A DNA stretch of 32,000 nt, taken from the NCBI GenBank assembly GCA_038889235.1, contig JAWAHN010000002.1:44356-76355 (forward strand), written 5' to 3'. Shown here in pieces: positions 25,474 to 32,000 of this stretch. This DNA is from Candidatus Jordarchaeales archaeon. GTDB lineage: Archaea; Asgardarchaeota; Jordiarchaeia; Jordiarchaeales; Freyrarchaeaceae. The notes beneath the pieces are model-generated. The model was not told where the DNA came from, searched no databases, and saw only the letters and a program-made list of their open reading frames with translations. Each line of letters opens with the position of its first letter. Position 1 is the first letter of the stretch. The translations under genes were made by a program, and so were the position numbers.

Positions 25474-26670
25474 ATGAAGGAGACTCTCTTCGAAAAGTTA
25501 GGAATACTTTTGCTCAACGGCAAAGAAGAAGAGGCCCTAGACCTCCTAAAAACCCTTATGTGCGACGAGGACCCGGAGGTTAAGGTGGCGTCGCTGGCTG
25601 TGATTAGCACATTAATGCAACGCTTCCGCAGAGTTGTTGAAGGAGTGCTCCCGCTCGTTTTAAGAGCAGCGCTAACCGACCAGCAGACCTATGTGAGGGG
25701 TAACGCATTGGAAGTCCTAGGTAAAGCAGCATGCTACACTCCCAACGCTGTCGTGGACTCCTTGCCTGAAGTGATTTCATGCATAAACTCCCAGGACAGC
25801 AACTTGGCCTGGAATGCCGTCGTCACATTGGGATGGATCGGTGGAAGCAACCCCAAGATAGTAGAACCATTCATGGAAGAAATAGCTAAAAACCTTGACT
25901 CTGAGCACGAAATCGCAAGAGGAGCTTCTGCAATGGCGATGGGGTGGATAGGTGGCGTCCGCCCAGATCTCGTAAAGAAATACGTTCTGAAGCTAGTCAA
26001 AGTAGCCACTTCTGACGAAAAAGAAGAAGTAAGATTGAACGCCATGGATGCATTAGCGTCAATATCTCACGCCGACGCCACACTGCTTAAAGGCTTCCTG
26101 AAAAACATAGCGCTAGCATCTATCACTGATGAAAACGAGAACGTTAGGGGAAGCGCCCTAGAGGCAATAACTGGATTCTGTAAAAGGTTTCCGGATGCAT
26201 CCGCAGAAGTAGTGTTATCCATACTGGATAACGTCTTCGAGAATAGAGATGTTAACTGGAAGGCCATCGCCACCATAGGATTCCTAGGAGCCGGAAACCC
26301 CGACGCCATCCCTTACATTTTAAACACTCTTACTGGACAACTGGGTAATTTAAAAGGCGCTGCTAGGGCGACAGCAATACTGGCGGTGGGGTGGGTCCTA
26401 GGAAACAACCCCGGGTTCCCTACGCGAGAAGCAGAAAAAGTAATTAATTTCCTGGTACGTTTCCTAAAGGACGAGGACTCAAAAGTTAGAGAAAGCGTCA
26501 TTGAAGCCATAGGGTGGATAAGCGCTAACAGCCACGCGTTGTTGAAGAAATATCTGCCAGTTGTATTGAACGTGCTGCGTGACGAGAGAGACAGTGCTGT
26601 TAAGAGAAAATCGGAAGAAGTTGCAGAACTTATGAGCAAAAGGCTATTAGACTATGAAGCGAAAAGTTAA
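25474..26670 (+). CDS. HEAT-repeat (alpha-solenoid) protein
   Basis: About 10 repeats of ~37-40 aa (DEDPEVKVASL, YVRGNALEVLG, EVRLNAMDAL, NVRGSALEAI, KVRESVIEAIG). ATG 25474 follows GGTGG. Confidence 0.88.
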   Translation: MKETLFEKLGILLLNGKEEEALDLLKTLMCDEDPEVKVASLAVISTLMQRFRRVVEGVLPLVLRAALTDQQTYVRGNALEVLGKAACYTPNAVVDSLPEVISCINSQDSNLAWNAVVTLGWIGGSNPKIVEPFMEEIAKNLDSEHEIARGASAMAMGWIGGVRPDLVKKYVLKLVKVATSDEKEEVRLNAMDALASISHADATLLKGFLKNIALASITDENENVRGSALEAITGFCKRFPDASAEVVLSILDNVFENRDVNWKAIATIGFLGAGNPDAIPYILNTLTGQLGNLKGAARATAILAVGWVLGNNPGFPTREAEKVINFLVRFLKDEDSKVRESVIEAIGWISANSHALLKKYLPVVLNVLRDERDSAVKRKSEEVAELMSKRLLDYEAKS

Positions 26671-26733
26671 AATGTGAAGGCAATGTGATGCAACCTCACT
26701 CTTAGTATAAATCACCTCTTTACATATAAAAGG

Positions 26734-27087
26734 GTGGTTGAAAAATTGTCAAGAGAAAGACAGCGCTCTATTAGGTATACAAGACAGAGGTGTGAGTTTT
26801 GCGGCGGACAAGTAATCTTTGACTTCTCTCAAAGAGTGCGCGTTTGCAGCTCGTGCGGGTTAGTCCAGGAGGGCAAAAGTGGATCTGAAATATCTCTTGA
26901 CGAATTTTTGAGGGAGCTTCAATTTGCAAACACTATCGAAGAACTGGCTGCCCGTCTCGGTATAAGCGACTGGGAGATCGAGCGCAAGTTAGTATTGATG
27001 CAAAAAGAGGGACTAGTTGAAATTAAAGATAATAAAGTTTTTTTAACCACTAAGGGACGCAGAAAGCTACATAAAGATATCATATAA
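26734..27087 (+). CDS. TFIIB-type Zn ribbon fused to a winged-helix domain
   Basis: CEFCGGQVIFDFSQRVRVCSSCGLVQE followed by IEELAARLGIS...LQKEG-like helix and VFLTTKG wing. Confidence 0.75.
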   Translation: MVEKLSRERQRSIRYTRQRCEFCGGQVIFDFSQRVRVCSSCGLVQEGKSGSEISLDEFLRELQFANTIEELAARLGISDWEIERKLVLMQKEGLVEIKDNKVFLTTKGRRKLHKDII

Positions 27088-27195
27088 AAATCAGCTCTCA
27101 AGATCTCCGATGAATGCAAGCAGTAAAACCGTTGTAAGTTTCTCACTTGTACATGGTGTATGAAAGCTTCGTTGAGATAAGTGCGTGCAACTATC

Positions 27196-28320
27196 TTACC
27201 TTTCTAGGAGTACCTCCTTTAGGGGGAAGTTTAGCTCTATGAGCGCTTGTCTAATGGCGTTTAATGTTATGTTAATTTCTTGCTCTGTTACGCGGCCCAT
27301 GTGTCCAATCCTGAATATTTCCCCTGTTAGCTTGTCCTGTCCTCCTGATATTACGACACCGTGCTCTCTTACTTTTTGGCGTAACTCCTGATCCTTTATT
27401 CCCTTCGGCATTTTAACTGCCGTAACCGTAACAGAACATATCTCTTCCCTGACAGGGAAAAGTTCAAGACCCATTTTCTTTATACCCTCTCTCGTTAGCT
27501 TAGCTAACCTGTGGTGCCTCGCTATAACATTATCCAGTCCCTCTTCAAACATCAAGTTTAAAGCGTCATCCAAGGCATAAAGCAAGGTTAAGCATATCGT
27601 GTAAGGCGTCTGAGGCGGGCTCTTCTCTAAACTTTTCTTATAGCTTACAAGGTCGAAGTAAAATGCTCTCCTTTTAGTCCTGTGTATGACCTCCCATGCC
27701 TCATCTGAGACCGATATAAAGGAGAACCCAGGTGGTATGGCAAAGCATTTCTGGCTTCCGGCGAGGCAGAAGTCGATTTTCCACTTGTCAACAGGGATAT
27801 AGTCGCCTCCCATGCTGGAAATAGCGTCCACGATTAAGAGTGCGCCATAATCCTTAACTATCCTCGCTATTTCCTCTACAGGGTTCTTCACTCCAGTTGA
27901 CGTCTCGTTATGCGTTACAGTGACTGCTTTGATGTCTTCGTGCTCCTCTAAGGCAGCTTTGACTTTCTCTGGGTCTACGGCATCTCCCCATTCTGAAGAG
28001 ACCTCAATTACTTCAGCCCCAAAGACCTCAGCTATTTTCTTAAACCTCTCACTAAACTTTCCGCACGTCGTGCAGAGTATCTTGTCCCCTGGCTCGGTTA
28101 TGTTTGCTATCGCCGCTTCCATAGCCCCAGTTCCTGACGCTGTAAGTATGAACAAGTCGTTGTCTGTTCTGAAGATCTTCTTTAGTCTCTCTATGCAGCT
28201 TGTGAGGAGCGCGCCCGTCTCTTTACCCCTGTGAGAAATCATCTGTCTACTCATTGCCTTAAGCGTGGACTCTGCTAGGAACGTTGGACCGGGAATCATT
28301 AATAGTTCTTTTCCGGTCAC
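27196..28320 (-). CDS. Class V PLP aminotransferase (alanine-glyoxylate/serine-pyruvate family)
   Basis: LMIPGPT, SGTGAME, HNETSTG, VDAISS, GSQKC, RIGHMG. Start probably GTG 28320. Confidence 0.92.
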   Translation of the reverse strand: MTGKELLMIPGPTFLAESTLKAMSRQMISHRGKETGALLTSCIERLKKIFRTDNDLFILTASGTGAMEAAIANITEPGDKILCTTCGKFSERFKKIAEVFGAEVIEVSSEWGDAVDPEKVKAALEEHEDIKAVTVTHNETSTGVKNPVEEIARIVKDYGALLIVDAISSMGGDYIPVDKWKIDFCLAGSQKCFAIPPGFSFISVSDEAWEVIHRTKRRAFYFDLVSYKKSLEKSPPQTPYTICLTLLYALDDALNLMFEEGLDNVIARHHRLAKLTREGIKKMGLELFPVREEICSVTVTAVKMPKGIKDQELRQKVREHGVVISGGQDKLTGEIFRIGHMGRVTEQEINITLNAIRQALIELNFPLKEVLLER

Positions 28321-28456
28321 AGTTAACACACCTTCAATTTTTTTAAACGACAATCCTTGAAAGAGTTAATAAAAATTACTAATCACGCCCTTTCGACCGT
28401 GAAGGTTAAAAAGGGAGCTGCAATTAACTGTGTCAAAACAAGCAAAAGGGAGCGCA

Positions 28457-28633
28457 ATGACGGAAGTAAAGTTGCCTATATGTAGTAGTTGTTCCAGACC
28501 AATTCACCCAGATACCGGAGGCGTAAAATTCCCCTGCCCTAACTGCGGCAAAATAACTATCTGGCGCTGCTATAAATGCAGGCAACTAGGAAACCCCTAC
28601 AAGTGCCCGGTTTGCGGCTTTGAGGGACCATGA
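28457..28633 (+). CDS. Small CPxCG Zn-finger protein (DUF1610/HVO_2753-like)
   Basis: CSSC...FPCPNCG...RCYKCR...YKCPVCGFEGP; classic position upstream of EF-1beta. Confidence 0.9.
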   Translation: MTEVKLPICSSCSRPIHPDTGGVKFPCPNCGKITIWRCYKCRQLGNPYKCPVCGFEGP

Positions 28634-28652
28634 AGAAGGAGGACGAGAAATT

Positions 28653-28919
28653 ATGGGAAAAGTAGTTATAACTGTGAAGGTTTTCCCCACATCAACCGAC
28701 ATACCGCTAGACCAACTGCTAGATAAAATCAAGGCGTCCCTTCCAAGCGAAGCCAAACTGCACAGCTCGGAAAAGGTGCCTATAGCTTTCGGGTTAAACG
28801 CGCTGAGACTCAACATACTAGTCCCAGAAGAGGAAAAAGCAGCGTCACAGGTCGAAAGCGCCATAGCAAGCACAGAAGGCGTGAGTGAAATAGAAGTTGA
28901 AATGGTTAGAAGGATATAA
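28653..28919 (+). CDS. ef1b: Elongation factor 1-beta
   Basis: VKVFP, PIAFGLNAL, GVSEIEV. ATG 28653 follows AGGAGG. Confidence 0.95.
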   Translation: MGKVVITVKVFPTSTDIPLDQLLDKIKASLPSEAKLHSSEKVPIAFGLNALRLNILVPEEEKAASQVESAIASTEGVSEIEVEMVRRI

Positions 28920-29007
28920 AAGCGAGAATTAAGAGATGAAGGGGGCTTTAAACCGCACAGTTTAAAAAGAGATTTTTATCAATAAACCACGTGACGCCAT
29001 TAAGTAA

Positions 29008-29553
29008 TTGAAGGTGATTTACGTGTCCCTTGGTCCTATCCCCTGGCAGCTGGCTAACGTTCAAGGACCGAAGACGGCAAAGACCATAAACAATGCGAAG
29101 GTCGTGGCGGCGCGCATAAAGAAGAAAAAGAACCCCATATTGATAGCTGGTCCGAACATTACAAAAGAGGTTGAGGGCAAAAAGCTTATCGACTACGCTA
29201 TCGAAATGGGGAAAGCAGGAATAACTATAGTCGCAACAGCGCACACTGTTCGAGAGTTCATAAAGGCCGGCTTCCCAAATGTGGTGTCCTTGGGCCTCTC
29301 TGATATAACCAACCGTTTGAGAGACCCGAACTGGAAGGGATTTGATGGCAAAGGAAAGCCGGACTTAGTACTCTACCTCGGTGGATTGTACTACACGCAA
29401 AACCAGTCTCTCTCAGCTTTAAAACACTTCTCAGACGTGGAAACAATAAGCTTGGATAGAGAATACCATCCGAACGCTGACTGGAGTTTTGGAAACCTGA
29501 ACCCTAAAGAGTGGAAAGAAATAATGGACGAGCTAATCAGCCTCCTCAAGTGA
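29008..29553 (+). CDS. cdhB: Acetyl-CoA decarbonylase/synthase epsilon subunit
   Basis: IPWQLANVQGP, FDGKGKPDLVLYLG, LSALKHF, YHPNADWSFGNL. Start possibly GTG 29023. Confidence 0.85.
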   Translation: MKVIYVSLGPIPWQLANVQGPKTAKTINNAKVVAARIKKKKNPILIAGPNITKEVEGKKLIDYAIEMGKAGITIVATAHTVREFIKAGFPNVVSLGLSDITNRLRDPNWKGFDGKGKPDLVLYLGGLYYTQNQSLSALKHFSDVETISLDREYHPNADWSFGNLNPKEWKEIMDELISLLK

Positions 29554-29776
29554 AGGAAACCTTCTCCATTAAACCCACTTTTATTACATTTTTGTCCATT
29601 ACCTTTGTCCGCCCTCTTAAACCCGGCAAAACACTTTTATGTTACGTCTGTTTTTGACTAGTTTTTCGTTAATATCCCATGTCTCCTCCTATCATTGGGG
29701 TCCTCGATTCATAAAGAAAATTTTTTAAGGTTTTCCTTCTTTGTTAATCGCAAGGCTAAAGTGGAGACTTGGCCGG

Positions 29777-30286
29777 ATGAAGACGCCGATATGTACCTTC
29801 TGCCTGAAAAGTGGTGTATTGTGTTCTAGGTGTCAGGAGAAAATTGAGAAAGGAGAGGTAAGCGACCTGGACATAAAGGTAGCTAAGCGTCTCGTTGAGC
29901 TAGAGGAGCGTTTCTCCAGCCTTAAGGACGTGAAGTTTGTTAAAGCCGTTGAGTCAAACAACTTGATAGTAATAGTTGTTGGCGAAGGTGACACTCCAAA
30001 CCTCGTTGGGCCCAAGGGACGCGTCATCAAGAGCCTAAGCGAGGAACTAGGTAACAAGAAGATACGTATAGTGGAAGAGACTTCTCCCCTTAAAAAGACA
30101 ATAGAAGACATAATCTCTCCGGTCAGTCTCTTAGGCGTGAACACCGTCTGGCTCCCCGACGGAAGCAATGAAAAGAAAGTGAGAATCCGGCAAAGTGAAA
30201 GCAAAAAGCTCCCGGCGCCTACACAGGTGCTAGAGAAGCTAATATACGACTTAACAGGTGAAAGAGTGAGGTTTGTTTTTGAATAA
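29777..30286 (+). CDS. NusA-like KH-domain protein with N-terminal Cys cluster
   Basis: MKTPICTFCLKSGVLCSRC; KH loop VGPKGRVIKSLSEELG. Confidence 0.8.
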   Translation: MKTPICTFCLKSGVLCSRCQEKIEKGEVSDLDIKVAKRLVELEERFSSLKDVKFVKAVESNNLIVIVVGEGDTPNLVGPKGRVIKSLSEELGNKKIRIVEETSPLKKTIEDIISPVSLLGVNTVWLPDGSNEKKVRIRQSESKKLPAPTQVLEKLIYDLTGERVRFVFE

Positions 30287-30288
30287 TT

Positions 30289-31599
30289 TTACGGAACAAG
30301 TCTATCTCTGTCTCTGGGATAGAACACGCACTCTCTGATGTTTTCTACTCCTGTTATCACCATCAAGAGTCTGTCCAGTCCTAATCCCCAACCGGCGTGA
30401 GGTGGCATTCCCCAGTCAAAAGTCTTCAAGTGAAAGTCGAAGGAAAGTGGGGATAGGCCTTGCTCCTTCAGTCTCTTAATTAGCAGTTCCTTTTCATGTA
30501 TCCTTGTGCCTCCCGACGCTAGTTCAATCCACTCGTGCATTAAGTCAAAGGCTTCGCAGATCTCCGGCTTATCCTCTCTCGGCTTTATGTAGAATGGTTT
30601 CCCCCTCGTGGGCCACTCCGTTATGAAGTAGAACCCTTTAATCATCTTTCCAAGCTCACGGTAAGCTGGAGTAGGAATGTCTTCACCCCAAGCCATTGGG
30701 ATGCCGCTCTTTTTGAGCATCTCAAGGATCTCGCTGTAAGTGTACCTGGGGAATGGTGGCTTTTGAATATCGAGGCTTCTCTCGAGCACGCTTAACTCTT
30801 CAGTGCACTCCTCAGCCGTCCTACGGAAAACGTGGTATATCAGTCGCTCAAGGAGATCCATGACGTCCTCGGCGTCGGCAAAAGCGACTTCAACGTCAAC
30901 CACGTATATTTCACTTAGGTGCCTAACAGTCCTACTCTCCTCGGCACGGTAACATGGCCCTATCTCGAAAACTTTTTCGAAGACGCTTGACAGCTGCTCT
31001 TTGTAAAGCTGCGCTGACTGGCTCAGGAAAGCCTCACGCTCGTAATATGATATGGGAAAAAGGTCTGCTCCCCCCTCAGTAGCCGCGGCTATTATCTTCG
31101 GTGTCTGTATCTCGATGAATCCCTCCTCTAAAAGGAACTCCCTTATAAACCTGAGAACATTGTGCCTTATCCTGAATATAGCGTTCACTTTTGGTCTCCT
31201 GAGGTCGAGGACTCTATTGTCTAGGCGCGTGTCGAGGTTCGCATCAGTCTTCCCAGAAGGGTCTAATGGAAGGGGAGACGTGGCAACGTTTAGAATAACT
31301 AGTTCCTGTGGGATTACCTCAGCACCTCCGGGAGCATTCTCCATTGCTTTAACAATTCCTCGCACAGCTATCACGTATTCTTTCCCTAACTTTTTGGCTC
31401 TCTCGTAAAGCTCCTTGTTCTTCTTGGAAACAGTAACCTGAACCTTTCCCTCTCTGTCTCTTAGAATCACGAAGACTATGCCTCCCAAGTCCCTTACACG
31501 TTCAACCCAACCGCAGACAACGACCTCTTTTCCGTCGAGTTGCGGGGTCACTTCCTTCGAGTAGTGCGTTCTTTTGAGTCTGGGTGAGCTGCAAGCCAA
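30289..31599 (-). CDS. aspS: Aspartyl-tRNA synthetase (archaeal type)
   Basis: KRTHYS, DTRLDNRVLDLR, LSQSAQLYK, YRAEES, PPHAGWGLGLDR, YPRD. Confidence 0.97.
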   Translation of the reverse strand: MACSSPRLKRTHYSKEVTPQLDGKEVVVCGWVERVRDLGGIVFVILRDREGKVQVTVSKKNKELYERAKKLGKEYVIAVRGIVKAMENAPGGAEVIPQELVILNVATSPLPLDPSGKTDANLDTRLDNRVLDLRRPKVNAIFRIRHNVLRFIREFLLEEGFIEIQTPKIIAAATEGGADLFPISYYEREAFLSQSAQLYKEQLSSVFEKVFEIGPCYRAEESRTVRHLSEIYVVDVEVAFADAEDVMDLLERLIYHVFRRTAEECTEELSVLERSLDIQKPPFPRYTYSEILEMLKKSGIPMAWGEDIPTPAYRELGKMIKGFYFITEWPTRGKPFYIKPREDKPEICEAFDLMHEWIELASGGTRIHEKELLIKRLKEQGLSPLSFDFHLKTFDWGMPPHAGWGLGLDRLLMVITGVENIRECVFYPRDRDRLVP

Positions 31600-31656
31600 T
31601 GCCTATCACCTTTTGCACTCTCAAAGGGGCTTAAGTGGTGTTGGAGCTCGTAGCTA

Positions 31657-32000
31657 TTAATACTTTGCCGGATCTGTTTTCATTATTTCGCGCATGAGGC
31701 AAGTAGCGTAGCTTCCCTTTGGAAGGGAGAACGAAAGTAATGCCATGACACCTTTCAACTCGTCATCCTCTGAAACTCTCAAAAGTTTCAGTATTGGCGG
31801 GTTAACTAAAGCTTGCCTAAAGCTCCCCCTAGCTCCAAGCTCCGGCATTGACTTCATCTTAAAAGACTCTAAACTTATTCCAAGCGTTGACAAAATACGT
31901 CTAACTATCATTTCAGAAGGTGATCCAGCTGGAAGAGACGTGTCGTAACCAACCACGGGGAGGGCTAGTGCTGCTTGGCCCATCTCGATCCAGGAATTAA
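31657..32000 (-). CDS. truD: tRNA pseudouridine synthase TruD, C-terminal part (5'-truncated by window)
   Basis: LPVVGY, G.YR-like GSFRQ, LSFSLPKGSYATCLMREIMK; frame open to the window edge. Confidence 0.85.
   Translation of the reverse strand, partial: NSWIEMGQAALALPVVGYDTSLPAGSPSEMIVRRILSTLGISLESFKMKSMPELGARGSFRQALVNPPILKLLRVSEDDELKGVMALLSFSLPKGSYATCLMREIMKTDPAKY

Noticed and set aside
27088-27195. ATGAAT-containing convergent gap as an sRNA
   Set aside because: No paired D boxes at guide-length spacing on either strand.
1-32000. tRNA, rRNA or CRISPR arrays
   Set aside because: No T-arm consensus, rRNA signature or regularly spaced 25-40-nt repeats seen by eye; tRNAscan-SE and a CRISPR finder would be decisive.

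Overview
Archaeal chromosomal window, mostly housekeeping genes. It is probably from a thermophilic Asgard archaeon; this is inferred from a Rab-like GTPase, a roadblock protein, an Asgard-style Zn-ribbon microprotein and E/K/R-rich proteins. It holds about 33 CDSs: translation and RNA-metabolism genes (rps6e, map, glyS, aspS, ef1b, truD fragment, two KH-less beta-CASP nucleases, Mut7-C, NusA paralog), plus rpoP, nadC, tmk, ard1, an ADP-dependent sugar kinase, a lone cdhB and two radical SAM enzymes. Features missing from the ORF track and found by reading the sequence: an edge-truncated Rab-like GTPase, a 52-aa Zn-ribbon gene, rpoP (46 aa), a box C/D guide sRNA after tmk, and a decayed tnpB (IS200/IS605-family) remnant directly upstream of the rps6e promoter, with a 3' region that looks like an omegaRNA scaffold. 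The main unexplained element is a 6.2-kb three-gene operon (871-aa coiled-coil protein, 789-aa helical Zn-finger protein, ~10-repeat HEAT solenoid), followed by a TFIIB-type Zn-ribbon/wHTH fusion. No tRNA, rRNA or CRISPR array was seen. All family calls come from motif recognition by eye; no searches were run.
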